From Actinomycetota bacterium (lineage in GTDB: Bacteria > Actinomycetota > UBA4738 > HRBIN12), in assembly GCA_046734755.1 (NCBI GenBank), contig JBKPRY010000145.1, forward strand, positions 1 to 50,439: a stretch of 50,439 nt of DNA, in the 5' to 3' direction. Under the pieces are notes generated by a model, which saw nothing but the letters and a program-made list of their open reading frames with translations, made no database searches and was not told the origin of the DNA. Position 1 is the stretch's first letter, and every line of letters starts with the position of its first letter. Below are positions 8,710-17,313 of the stretch, piece by piece. The translations under genes were made by a program, and so were the position numbers.

Positions 8710-9231
8710 GTGCAGCGTCGCACGAGGTTCGGTCGGGGGGCCGCGAACGCAGCCCCCCGCCCCTTCCCCGACCCGCCCAAGCGGGTCCTGCTCGTGACGG
8801 TCGCGCGACCGCCCGAGCCCGAGCTCGTGGAGCGCGCCCGGGAGCTCGCCGGTCCCGAACACGCCAAGATCACGGTCCTCGGAGTGGCCAAGATCTATGG
8901 CACGTCCCTGGGCCTTCCCCACCCCGGGCTTCAGCCCAACCGCGTCGAGTGGCAGATCCTGCGAGATGGCGTCGAGGAGGCCGCGGACGAGCTTCGCGCG
9001 CACGGGTTCGAGGTGCGGGTCGGCCTGACGAGGGCCCGCAACGTTCCCAAGATGATCGCGAAGTGGGTTCGGGCACGGAACTTCCACGCGGTCGTGGTCT
9101 CGGCGCCGGACAAGCCCCGGTGGCGGACCCTCGTGGAGGGCGACCTCGGGCGCGAGATCCATCGCCGATGCAGCGTGCCGGTGCACGCGGTGCCCGTTGC
9201 GTCAGCCGAGGGCCGCGCGAGGCCGGCGTAG
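8710..9231 (+). CDS. Universal-stress-protein-like (adenine-nucleotide alpha-hydrolase fold) protein; start uncertain
   Basis: GTG immediately follows the permease stop and GC3 is high throughout. A KRVLLVTV beta-strand start and C-terminal LGREIHRRCSVPVHAVP resemble USP architecture. The family assignment is by eye only. Confidence 0.5.
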   Translation: MQRRTRFGRGAANAAPRPFPDPPKRVLLVTVARPPEPELVERARELAGPEHAKITVLGVAKIYGTSLGLPHPGLQPNRVEWQILRDGVEEAADELRAHGFEVRVGLTRARNVPKMIAKWVRARNFHAVVVSAPDKPRWRTLVEGDLGREIHRRCSVPVHAVPVASAEGRARPA

Positions 9232-9852
9232 GGCCGGGGCGGCCGGCCGAACCGTCCGCTGCAGGTCGCGCACCGTCCGGGCGCCTCGTGCCTCGAGCCG
9301 TGCCGCCGCGATGAGGAACACCTGTGCCGTCACGAGCGCGTCGTCCAGCGCGTGGTGCGGGCTGGCGACGGGCACCCCGAGACCCTCGGCCACGGAGCTG
9401 AGCGTGAACGGCGGCAGCGGATCCTCCAGCGCGAACATCAGCTCGCGCGCGTCGATGCATCGCCGCAGCCAGGCGCGCACGCTACCCCCGTACATGCGGT
9501 TCAGGAACCCGGCCTCGACCTTGCCCGCCCACGTGACGAGGAACCGTCCCTCGATCTGCCGGCCGAGCGACGCCCGCGCGGCATCCAAGCCCTGGGCCCC
9601 ACGCAGGTCGGCCGGCAACAGGCCGTGCACCGTGATCGAGACGGGGGACGGCGGGACCTCGCCGGGATCGACGAGCTCGTAGTCGGCCGAGCCGATGTCG
9701 ATCCGTCCCTGATGAACCGGCACGGTGCCGAACGACACGATCGTGTCCCGCTCGAAATCCAGCCCGGTCGCCTCGAAGTCCAGCGACACGAGCTCTGCCT
9801 GTCGCCACGGCAGGCGGCGGGCTCGGCGTCCCGGCGCGGCGGGGCGGCTCAC
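9202..9852 (-). CDS. DEDDh 3'-5' exonuclease (DnaQ/PolIII-epsilon-like), partner of the DUF294 protein
   Basis: ORF track, 216 aa. ExoI motif is LDFEATGLD, ExoII is FLVTWAGKVEAGFL, and ExoIII is PHHALDDALVTAQVF. The GTG start overlaps the upstream stop as GTGA (9849..9852). Confidence 0.88.
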   Translation of the reverse strand: MSRPAAPGRRARRLPWRQAELVSLDFEATGLDFERDTIVSFGTVPVHQGRIDIGSADYELVDPGEVPPSPVSITVHGLLPADLRGAQGLDAARASLGRQIEGRFLVTWAGKVEAGFLNRMYGGSVRAWLRRCIDARELMFALEDPLPPFTLSSVAEGLGVPVASPHHALDDALVTAQVFLIAAARLEARGARTVRDLQRTVRPAAPALRRPRAALG

Positions 9853-11687
9853 CGGCGGATGCCGAGCAGCGCCGCCAAGCGATCCTGCGCCCGGTCGATC
9901 ATCCGGAACGCCTCCTTCAGCGCCTGACGCGTGAGCGGGCCAAGCTCCTGCGGCTCGACGAGGTCGTCAGGAGTCAGGCCGCGCTCGACCCGCCGGCTCT
10001 GGTGTTCGAGCCGCACCTCCCACATGAGCTCGAACGCTTCCACCAGGCCCTGGCTCTCGTCCGCGCTCAGCCACCCGAGGGCCGTCGTATCCCGCAGGCG
10101 GAGCGGCGTCCGGTTCTCGGTCAGGCCGGACATGACGGCGAGCAGCCGCGCGACGTTGGTGATCAGGCCGATCCCCACCGCCTTGATGTCGAGCCGGCCG
10201 GTCGTTCCCCGCCCCTGCACCACTCCGTCCTTGAGCAGGCCCTTGGGCGGTCGCGTCGAGACGGCATGCGCGCCGAGATGGCGGATGAAGTCGTGGTGCT
10301 CCCGGGCAGAGCGGATGATCTCATCGAGGGCAAGGTGGGCATCCAGCGGTCCGGTGACCGGCCGGAAGTCCATCGCGATGCCGGTGAACGCGCTGCCCGT
10401 GCGCCCGGGATCCTCGATCCATCCGCGGAAGCGGTCCTGCCACGTTCCCACCGCGCCGCGCCAGTCCGGGTTCCCGGCGATGACCCCCGCGCGGCACTTC
10501 GGTACCCCGGCCTTCTCGAGCCCGTCGTTGACGAACGCGCCGAGCGATCCGAAGTACGCGTCGACCTCGGCGGCCCGCACGCCGGCCGTATCGAACATCA
10601 GGGCGTTGTCCTGGTCGGTGAACAGCCCCTGCTCCTGCCGGGCCTCGCTGCCGAGCGCCAGCCATGCCCACGGACACGGCGGGTCTCCGAGCTCTTCCGA
10701 GGCGACCTCCACGAGCCGGACGGTGAGCGTGTCGACGGCGACCGCGACGACGTGCGCGATCTCGAGCGGCTCGACGCTCGCATCGATCAGGCGGCCGGCA
10801 AGCTCGGGCAGCGTCCGGAAGACCGCGACCGCCGAGTCTCGGTCGGGCGCGAGCTCGATATCCTTCTTGAGGCCGAACGCGCGATGCTGCTCGGCCGCCA
10901 GGAGGTCGATGTCGGTCACGACGCCGACGAATCCCCCGTCACCGTCCTCGACCGGCACGTGATGGACCCCGCGCTCCAGCATCAGCGCGGTTACCTCCGC
11001 CACGGTCGTCTCGCCGGGGACCGACAGCACCGGCGAGGACGCCACCTCGGCCGCCGGGCCCGCCGGGTCGCGGCCCTCGGCCAAGACCTTCGATCGCAGG
11101 TCGCGGTCGGTCAGGATGGCGAGGCCCCCCTCCCCCGCCCCCTCGAGCAGGACGAACCCCTCGCGCTCGTTGGCCATCAACACCGCGGCCCGGCGGATCG
11201 ACGCGTCCGCCGGCAGCGAGAGCGGGCGGCGGCGGACCAGCGCGGAGACCCGCTCCTCCTCCTCGTCCACGGCCACGCGCGCGACGTGCTCCAGCGCGCG
11301 CACGTCGCGCCGCCGGAACGCGGAGGCCAGGAAGACCATGCCGCGGCGGGAGCTCATGATCTCCTCGCCGATCTCCCGGTCGATCAGGTAGCCGATCACG
11401 TCCTCGTGCGCGCGGATCGTCACCAGCGGACTCGCGCCGGTGAGCAGAGAGACGAACCCGAACACCTCGCCCTCTCCCTGGATGTCGACGATCTCGCCGG
11501 CCTCGACCACCTCGACGGCACCGCGCCGAACCATATAGAGGAACCTCGCGGGTTCGCCGAACTCCTGGAGGATGACCGTCCCCTCGGGGAAGAACTCGAT
11601 GTGCGCGTGCCGCACGACGTCGGCGAGCCGGTCGTCGTCCAGGTCGTCGAAGGGGGGATACATCCGCAGGAACGACGGGATGTCCAT
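9849..11687 (-). CDS. cNMP-binding + tandem CBS + DUF294 putative nucleotidyltransferase
   Basis: ATG at 11687 (GGAG 4 nt upstream) gives MDIPSFLRMYPPF; ATG 11705 is an alternative start. There is a cNMP-binding fold (GEVFGFVSLL...IRA) and two CBS modules (LAILTDRDL, VGVVTDIDLL). The NTase core is LALGSEARQEQGLFTDQDNALMF, followed by a DUF294_C-like helical tail. Confidence 0.88.
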   Translation of the reverse strand: MDIPSFLRMYPPFDDLDDDRLADVVRHAHIEFFPEGTVILQEFGEPARFLYMVRRGAVEVVEAGEIVDIQGEGEVFGFVSLLTGASPLVTIRAHEDVIGYLIDREIGEEIMSSRRGMVFLASAFRRRDVRALEHVARVAVDEEEERVSALVRRRPLSLPADASIRRAAVLMANEREGFVLLEGAGEGGLAILTDRDLRSKVLAEGRDPAGPAAEVASSPVLSVPGETTVAEVTALMLERGVHHVPVEDGDGGFVGVVTDIDLLAAEQHRAFGLKKDIELAPDRDSAVAVFRTLPELAGRLIDASVEPLEIAHVVAVAVDTLTVRLVEVASEELGDPPCPWAWLALGSEARQEQGLFTDQDNALMFDTAGVRAAEVDAYFGSLGAFVNDGLEKAGVPKCRAGVIAGNPDWRGAVGTWQDRFRGWIEDPGRTGSAFTGIAMDFRPVTGPLDAHLALDEIIRSAREHHDFIRHLGAHAVSTRPPKGLLKDGVVQGRGTTGRLDIKAVGIGLITNVARLLAVMSGLTENRTPLRLRDTTALGWLSADESQGLVEAFELMWEVRLEHQSRRVERGLTPDDLVEPQELGPLTRQALKEAFRMIDRAQDRLAALLGIRR

Positions 11688-11806
11688 CGGCTCCGAGTAT
11701 CGCATCGCGCCGTGCGCCGGTCGCGATCGATTTCCTGCGCATGGGAGTCCCCGGGTATCCTCCGCGCACGATCGCCAGGCGATCCAACGGCAGAACGGGA
11801 GGGCCA

Positions 11807-13477
11807 GTGAAGAGCGGACTCGAGATCGCCCAGGAAGCAACGCTCCGGCCCATCACGGAGATCGCCGCATCGGCCGGGATCCCCGACGATGTGCTCGAAC
11901 CCTTCGGCCGGTACCGCGCGAAGGTCGAGCTGTCGATCCTGGACCGCCTGGCCGACCGCCCCGACGGCAAGCTGATCATCACCACCGCGATCACGCCGAC
12001 CAAGGCCGGCGAGGGCAAGACGACCACGTCGATCTCGCTCACGCAGGGGATGGGGACGATCGGAAAGAACGTCGTGCTCTGTCTGCGCGAGCCCTCGATG
12101 GGGCCGGTGTTCGGCATCAAGGGCGGCGGCACCGGGGGCGGCTACGCGCAGGTCGTCCCGATGGAGGACATCAACCTCCACTTCAACGGCGACTTCCACG
12201 CCGTCACCGCCGCCCACAACCTGCTGGCGTCGGCGCTCGACGCGTCGCTCTACTTCGGGAACCCCCTGGGGATCGACCCCACCAGCATCACGTGGCCCCG
12301 GTCGCTCGACGTCAACGCGCGCGAGCTCCGCTACACGGTGATCGGCCTCGGAGGCAAGATGCACGGAGTTCCGCGCGAGAACGGGTTCGTGATCACCGCG
12401 GCGTCCGAGGTGATGGCCGCGCTCGCGCTCGCCTCCGATCTCGCCGACCTCCGCGCCCGTCTGGGGCGGGTCGTCGTCGCGTCGACGGCCGACGGAGAGC
12501 CGGTCACCGCCGAGGAGCTGCGGGTCGCCGGGGCGATGACCGTGATCATGAAGGACGCGCTGAAGCCCAACCTGGTGCAGACGCTCGAGGGCCAGCCGGT
12601 GCTGATCCACGCCGGGCCGTTCGGCAACGTGGCGCACGCCAACAACTCGATCATCGAAGATCGCGTCGCGCTCAAGCTCGCCGACTACGTGATCACCGAG
12701 GCGGGATTCGCGAGCGATCTCGGGTTCCAGAAGTTCTGCGACATCGTCTGCCGATTCGGAGGCTTCACCCCCTCGGCCGGGGTGCTCGTGACCACGGTCC
12801 GAGCGACCAAGTCGCATGGTGGCGTGCCCTTTGAGGAGCTCGGCACCGAGGACCTGGAGGCCGTCAAGCGGGGGGTGGAGAACCTCGGCCAGCACATCGC
12901 GATCGTCCGCGAGTACGGCCTGCCGTGCGTCGTGTCGATCAACAACTTCCCCAGCGACACCGAGGCCGAGGTCGAGCTGATGCAGGAGCTCGCGCTCGGC
13001 GCCGGCGCCGAGACGGTGGTCGTCAACCGCGGGTTCGCCCAGGGTGGGGACGGCGCGGTCGAGCTGGCCGAGGCCGTCGTCGAGGCGTGCGAGAGGCCGA
13101 ACGGGTTCCATCAGCTCACACCCGACGACACGCCGATCAAGGAACAGATCGAGGCGATCGCCACCCGCGTGTACGGCGCCGACGGCGTCGACTACCAGGC
13201 CCAGGCCGAGAAGGACCTCGCGCGGATGGATCGGCTCGGGTTCGGAACGATGCCCGTGTGCATGGCCAAGACCCACCTGTCCCTCACCCACGACCCCTCG
13301 CTGCTGAACCGCCCCCGGGGATGGCGTCTCCCCGTCCGCGGCGTGGTGCCGAGCGCAGGCGCGGGGTTCGTCGTCGTGCTCTGCGGCGACATGCAGCGGA
13401 TGCCCGGCCTGGGCCGGACGCCCGCCTACATGAAGATCGACGTCGACAAGGACGGCCGGACGATCGGGCTGTTCTGA
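11807..13477 (+). CDS. fhs: Formate--tetrahydrofolate ligase
   Basis: GTG at 11807 is preceded by GGGAGGG. The sequence VKSGLEIAQEA...PTKAGEGKTTTSISL...GIKGGGTGGGY...MAKTHLSLTHDP is unmistakably FTHFS. Confidence 0.95.
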   Translation: MKSGLEIAQEATLRPITEIAASAGIPDDVLEPFGRYRAKVELSILDRLADRPDGKLIITTAITPTKAGEGKTTTSISLTQGMGTIGKNVVLCLREPSMGPVFGIKGGGTGGGYAQVVPMEDINLHFNGDFHAVTAAHNLLASALDASLYFGNPLGIDPTSITWPRSLDVNARELRYTVIGLGGKMHGVPRENGFVITAASEVMAALALASDLADLRARLGRVVVASTADGEPVTAEELRVAGAMTVIMKDALKPNLVQTLEGQPVLIHAGPFGNVAHANNSIIEDRVALKLADYVITEAGFASDLGFQKFCDIVCRFGGFTPSAGVLVTTVRATKSHGGVPFEELGTEDLEAVKRGVENLGQHIAIVREYGLPCVVSINNFPSDTEAEVELMQELALGAGAETVVVNRGFAQGGDGAVELAEAVVEACERPNGFHQLTPDDTPIKEQIEAIATRVYGADGVDYQAQAEKDLARMDRLGFGTMPVCMAKTHLSLTHDPSLLNRPRGWRLPVRGVVPSAGAGFVVVLCGDMQRMPGLGRTPAYMKIDVDKDGRTIGLF

Positions 13478-13489
13478 GCCCGGTGCGGG

Positions 13490-13966
13490 TCAGTTCCCCG
13501 GCTTGAAGACCATGTCCGCGACCACCAGGATCAGGACGACCAGATCCACCCGCGAAATAGCCAAGATCCGCCGGATCCGCTGCTGGATCTCCGGGTCCGT
13601 CGCGTCGCGATCGACGGCGAGCGTGCCCAGTCGTTGGGCTTCGGGTCCGAGGAAGAACGCCCCGGTCACGATCGTCATCGCGATGCCGGTCAGCCCGATG
13701 AGGATCCAGGCGTCGGTGAAGTTCCATGGGCTCACCGCGACCAGCCAGACGCCGAAGACAAGCACCGAGACGGCGGCGGGCAGGCTCACCCGCTGGCCGA
13801 CGTCCCCGAGGTCCTTCGCCGTCACGGCCAGATGCGCCGGGTCGCCCTCTCGCATCACGTTGATCGCCAGCGCTTGCGCGTAGATCGCGCCCCCGACCCA
13901 GATGATCGCGGCCATGACGTGCAGGAACTTCAGCGTGTTGTAGTAGGCCTCCGAGATCCCGAGCAT
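13490..13966 (-). CDS. DUF2269-like integral membrane protein
   Basis: ORF track, 158 aa, with about 4 TM segments. The N-terminal YNTLKFLHVMAAIIWVGG motif and C-terminal MVFKP are shared with the membrane protein at 39014..39505. Confidence 0.75.
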   Translation of the reverse strand: MLGISEAYYNTLKFLHVMAAIIWVGGAIYAQALAINVMREGDPAHLAVTAKDLGDVGQRVSLPAAVSVLVFGVWLVAVSPWNFTDAWILIGLTGIAMTIVTGAFFLGPEAQRLGTLAVDRDATDPEIQQRIRRILAISRVDLVVLILVVADMVFKPGN

Positions 13967-13969
13967 CGA

Positions 13970-14362
13970 TCAGTCAATCAGCGCGATCGCCTCGACCTCG
14001 ACCAGCTGACCGCGGTAGCCGAGGGTCGGCACGCCGACGAGCGTACTGGGCGCCCGGCCGATCTCGGAGCTGCGGACCACCTCCCAGACTGCGGATTGGG
14101 CTTCGTAGCTCGCGCCTACGACGTACACGGTCGTCTTGGCGATGTCCCCGGGCCGGGCGCCGCCGGTCTCGAGCGCCGCGAGGAGGTTCTCGATCACCTG
14201 CTCGGCCTGCGCGGCTGGATCGTCCCCACCCACCAGGTCGCCCCGAGCGTCGAGCGGCACCGCCCCGGCCGTGAAGACGACGGTCCCGCCGCGGCCGACC
14301 GCGACGTGCGAGTAACCCGGGGGCGAGGCGAGGGTGTCGACGTTGCGGAGCTCGACCGCCAT
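13970..14362 (-). CDS. RidA/YjgF/TdcF-family reactive-intermediate deaminase
   Basis: ORF track, 130 aa. Typical features are PPGYSHVAV, TAGAVPLD and KTTVYV, ending VEVEAIA. Confidence 0.85.
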   Translation of the reverse strand: MAVELRNVDTLASPPGYSHVAVGRGGTVVFTAGAVPLDARGDLVGGDDPAAQAEQVIENLLAALETGGARPGDIAKTTVYVVGASYEAQSAVWEVVRSSEIGRAPSTLVGVPTLGYRGQLVEVEAIALID

Positions 14363-14363
14363 C

Positions 14364-14552
14364 TCAGCCCGCCAGCTGGGTCGGACCCTCGACCAGGATC
14401 CACTCGGCGCGGGTGACGGCCTCGCTGCGGTCGAAGTCGAAGACCCCGCTCCACGGCACCCCTTCCCACGTCGAACCGCACTCGGGGCAGACCCACAGGG
14501 ACATCGTCGTGTGCTGGGCGTCGCGCGGCGGTGCGCAGGTGTGCAGGAGCAT
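14364..14552 (-). CDS. Small Cys/His-containing hypothetical protein (62 aa)
   Basis: ATG at 14552 is preceded by the strong SD GGAAGGAGG. The protein is MLLHTCAPPRDAQHTTMSLWVCPECGSTWEG... with an HTC...CPEC metal-site-like pattern. Its stop is 1 nt from the RidA start. Confidence 0.55.
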   Translation of the reverse strand: MLLHTCAPPRDAQHTTMSLWVCPECGSTWEGVPWSGVFDFDRSEAVTRAEWILVEGPTQLAG

Positions 14553-14569
14553 CGGTCCTCCTTCCGGTC

Positions 14570-14589
14570 GAATCACACGCTTGTGATTC
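14570..14589. promoter_or_regulatory. Perfect 8-4-8 inverted repeat GAATCACA-cgct-TGTGATTC (candidate operator or 5'-UTR hairpin)
   Basis: Read directly. It lies 18 nt upstream of the small-protein start, in the 153-bp divergent intergenic region. Confidence 0.6.
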
Positions 14590-14705
14590 CGAAGGAGTGT
14601 ACACCTCGTGGCCGGCTCGGCTGAGGGCGTCTTGGCGGGTTTCCACGATAGGGTCGGTCGTGGCACCACCTTCCCGTTCCTGCCGGGCCGTGACATCGTT
14701 CGATC

Positions 14706-15503
14706 GTGAGCGCGTCGGGGGCCCTCGAGCATCAGCCAAGGCCGGAAGCGCCCCCGAGCGCCCTCCAAGGGTTCGCCGCGGTGTTCGTGGCCGGTGGCGT
14801 GGCGGGGGTCCTGGTCGGCGGCCTCGGCAGCAGGATCGCGATGCGAGTCGCGGCCCTGACGGCGACGGACGCCGCCCAGGGACTCACCACCCAGGCGGGG
14901 GCGACGATCGGGAGGTTCACGTTCGAGGGGACGGCCTTCCTGGTCGTCGCGGTCGGCATCGGGTCGGCGCTGGTCGGCACGGCGTTCTACCTGGCGACGC
15001 TCCCTTGGCTACCTCGACGACGTAGGTGGCGCGCGGCGGCGTTCGGTGGCCTCGAGCTCGCAGTGTTCGGCACCGTGCCGCTGGATCCCGGGAACCCCGA
15101 CTTCACGATCCTGGGACGGCCGCTGCTCGATGTGGTCGTGCTCGGCTCGCTGTTCGTCCTCCACGGGGTGGCGCTCGTCATGCTCGTCGAGCCGAGCGGG
15201 CGACTGGTGTCCGCGGTCGCGCGAGGCGACCGTTGGCGCGCTCGGCTCGTGGCCGTGGGCACGTTCCTCGCCATGGCCCTAACGGCGCTCGGTGCCGCGG
15301 TCCTGGTGGCTCTCGCCACGGGATGGGCCGCGCCCCTCACGCTCGTCCTGCTGGTCTGCGCCGCGGGTCTGCTGGTCCTGGATCCGCGCCGAATGCGACC
15401 GACCATGCGTCCCGCGCTGAGGATCCCCGGCGCGATCGCGCTGGGGCTCCTTACGATCTCGGGGACCATGGGCCTCGTCGACGCCGTGGCCACGATCCTC
15501 TGA
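14706..15503 (+). CDS. Hypothetical polytopic membrane protein
   Basis: ORF track, 265 aa, GTG start. It has several long Ala/Leu/Val/Gly-rich hydrophobic segments. No family is recognised and the start is uncertain. Confidence 0.6.
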   Translation: MSASGALEHQPRPEAPPSALQGFAAVFVAGGVAGVLVGGLGSRIAMRVAALTATDAAQGLTTQAGATIGRFTFEGTAFLVVAVGIGSALVGTAFYLATLPWLPRRRRWRAAAFGGLELAVFGTVPLDPGNPDFTILGRPLLDVVVLGSLFVLHGVALVMLVEPSGRLVSAVARGDRWRARLVAVGTFLAMALTALGAAVLVALATGWAAPLTLVLLVCAAGLLVLDPRRMRPTMRPALRIPGAIALGLLTISGTMGLVDAVATIL

Positions 15504-15506
15504 TCG

Positions 15507-16613
15507 CTAGGAGCGGGGCCGGTCCTTGTTGGTGTCGTAGACCGGCAGCACGTCGACGGTCGCGTCGACCGTGCCGTCGCCCACGGCGACCTGCACGGTG
15601 TTCCCGACGATCGCTTCCTCGGTCGGCACGATCGCGATGCCGATCTTCCCGAACCGGGGGGTCTCGGTCGGGCTGGTCAGCACGCCGATCTCCTCTCCGC
15701 CCTTGGTGACGGCGGCGCCGTACTCGGGCAGTGCGTCGGCCTCATAGCGCAGGGTCACCAGCCGGTTGGGCGGTGCCGCCGCGACGTCGCGAAGCCGCTC
15801 TTTGCCGAGGAACTCACCCGGCGCGTCCAGCCGCACGAACCGGTCGAGGTTGAAGTCGTAGGGCGTCCGCTGGTGCGCTTCGTAGTCGTAGTCGGTGACG
15901 ATCAGTCCCGCTTCGACCCGAGCGAGCTCGATCGCCTCGGCCCCGAACGGCGTCACGCCGGCCCCCACCACGGCGTTCCAGAGCTCCTCCGCATCGGACG
16001 GGTCGGTCAGGAACAGCTCGAACCCCAGCTCGCCGCCGTAGCCGGTGCGCGAGAGGTAGACCTCGACCCCGCCCACCTTCACCGGATCGGGGAGGAACCG
16101 GAAATAGCGGAGGGCGCCGACGTCGGCGTCGGTGAGCTTCCGAACGACCTCACGGGAGCGCGGTCCGATCACGCCGAGGTGTGGCATCCGCGGTGCGATC
16201 CATTCGAACTCGACGTCGAGATCATCCAGCGCCTCGCCGAAGTAGTCGTCGTGGTCCTTCCCGTTGGTCATCACCCAGCAGTGACCACCGCCGGTGTTGA
16301 ACACGGTCCCGTCGTCGACCATCAGTCCCTCGGCGTCCAGGAACGCGCCGTAGCGAGCCTGACCGATGTCGAGCCCGAGCGCGTCGTTGCTGAACACGCG
16401 TTGGGCGGCGCGAAGCGCGTCGGAACCGCGGAGGTCCCACTTGTTGAGCGGCGAGACATCCCACACCGCGACGTCGTCTCGGATCGCGGCGTACTCCTTC
16501 CCGACGTCGCCGAACCCCTCCAGCCACAGCCATCCGCCGTCGGCGACGTGCGTTCCGCCCTGAGCCTTGGTCACCTCGTGGAACGCCGTCTTGATCGCGT
16601 CGTCGCCGTCCAT
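15507..16613 (-). CDS. Aminomethyltransferase-family (GcvT fold) folate-binding protein
   Basis: ATG at 16613 is preceded by GGAGGCAGCG. The sequence MDGDDAIKTAF...WDVSPLNKWDLRG...RTGYGGELGFELF...FLGKERL matches GcvT/DmdA/sarcosine-oxidase-type aminomethyltransferase motifs. Confidence 0.85.
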   Translation of the reverse strand: MDGDDAIKTAFHEVTKAQGGTHVADGGWLWLEGFGDVGKEYAAIRDDVAVWDVSPLNKWDLRGSDALRAAQRVFSNDALGLDIGQARYGAFLDAEGLMVDDGTVFNTGGGHCWVMTNGKDHDDYFGEALDDLDVEFEWIAPRMPHLGVIGPRSREVVRKLTDADVGALRYFRFLPDPVKVGGVEVYLSRTGYGGELGFELFLTDPSDAEELWNAVVGAGVTPFGAEAIELARVEAGLIVTDYDYEAHQRTPYDFNLDRFVRLDAPGEFLGKERLRDVAAAPPNRLVTLRYEADALPEYGAAVTKGGEEIGVLTSPTETPRFGKIGIAIVPTEEAIVGNTVQVAVGDGTVDATVDVLPVYDTNKDRPRS

Positions 16614-16702
16614 CGCTGCCTCCGGTCGCCGGGATGGCGGCATCCTCCCACGTGTTTGACTCGCCGTTCAAGCTCGCCCCAGGCGACCCGACCGCCCACG
16701 GG

Positions 16703-17287
16703 TCAGACGCGGGTCAGGCGAAGGAAGCTCCTCGCGGTGCCGAGACCCCGCTCCTCCAGCCGGTCGGCGAGCACGAGGAAGAGCTGAGCCGTCACCATCG
16801 CGTCGTCGAGCGCCTCGTGGGGGGTCGCCACCGGCACCCCGTAGTGTTCCGCGGCCGACGAGAGGCTCTGGCGCACATTCTGTTCCAGGTGCTCGAGCTC
16901 GATCGCCATCTGCCGGACGTCGATCGTGCGTCGCACCCAGGAGCGGCGCCGTCCGCCGTAGAGGCGGCCCAGGAAGCCGATCTCGACGCCGGCGAACCAC
17001 GCCAGCAGGAACCGCCGGCTCAGCGCGAGTCGGAGCGTCTGCCCGGCCACCGGAAACGGCTGCGCATGGTCCAGATCCTTGGGCAGGATGCCGTGGATCC
17101 TCATCGACTCCGCGCTCGAGGGCACCTCGGGCACCACCAGCCGATGCACGGCCTCTCCCACGACCACGCGGCCCCCGCGAACCGGAACGACCCCGAACGA
17201 CACCACCGCGTCGCGCTCGCGGTCCAGGCCCGTCGTCTCGAAGTCGAGCGAGGCGAACTCCACCTCGCGCCACGGACGCGACCGCAT
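16703..17287 (-). CDS. DEDDh 3'-5' exonuclease, paralog of 9202..9852
   Basis: ATG 17287 gives MRSRPWREVEFASLDFETTGLD. An alternative GTG at 17323 would overlap the upstream stop by 10 nt. Motifs are LDFETTGLD, FLLAWFAGVEIGFL and PHEALDDAMVTAQLF. It is colinear with the first exonuclease over its whole length. Confidence 0.85.
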   Translation of the reverse strand: MRSRPWREVEFASLDFETTGLDRERDAVVSFGVVPVRGGRVVVGEAVHRLVVPEVPSSAESMRIHGILPKDLDHAQPFPVAGQTLRLALSRRFLLAWFAGVEIGFLGRLYGGRRRSWVRRTIDVRQMAIELEHLEQNVRQSLSSAAEHYGVPVATPHEALDDAMVTAQLFLVLADRLEERGLGTARSFLRLTRV

Positions 17288-17313
17288 CGACCACGCCGGA
17301 CGTTTCGGTGGTC

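Noticed and set aside
14570-14589. Palindrome considered as a CRP/cAMP-receptor binding site because it contains TCACA and TGTGA
   Set aside because: The CRP consensus is TGTGA-N6-TCACA. Here the half-sites are in reversed order with a 4-nt spacer, so a CRP assignment is not justified. It is kept only as a generic candidate operator or hairpin.
14608-14708. Short plus-strand ORF (VAGSAEGVLAGFHDR...) downstream of a GAAGGAG motif in the 14553..14705 intergenic region
   Set aside because: The spacing to the GTG is long (10 nt), GC3 is mixed, and there are no recognisable features. The GAAGGAG motif is probably coincidental.
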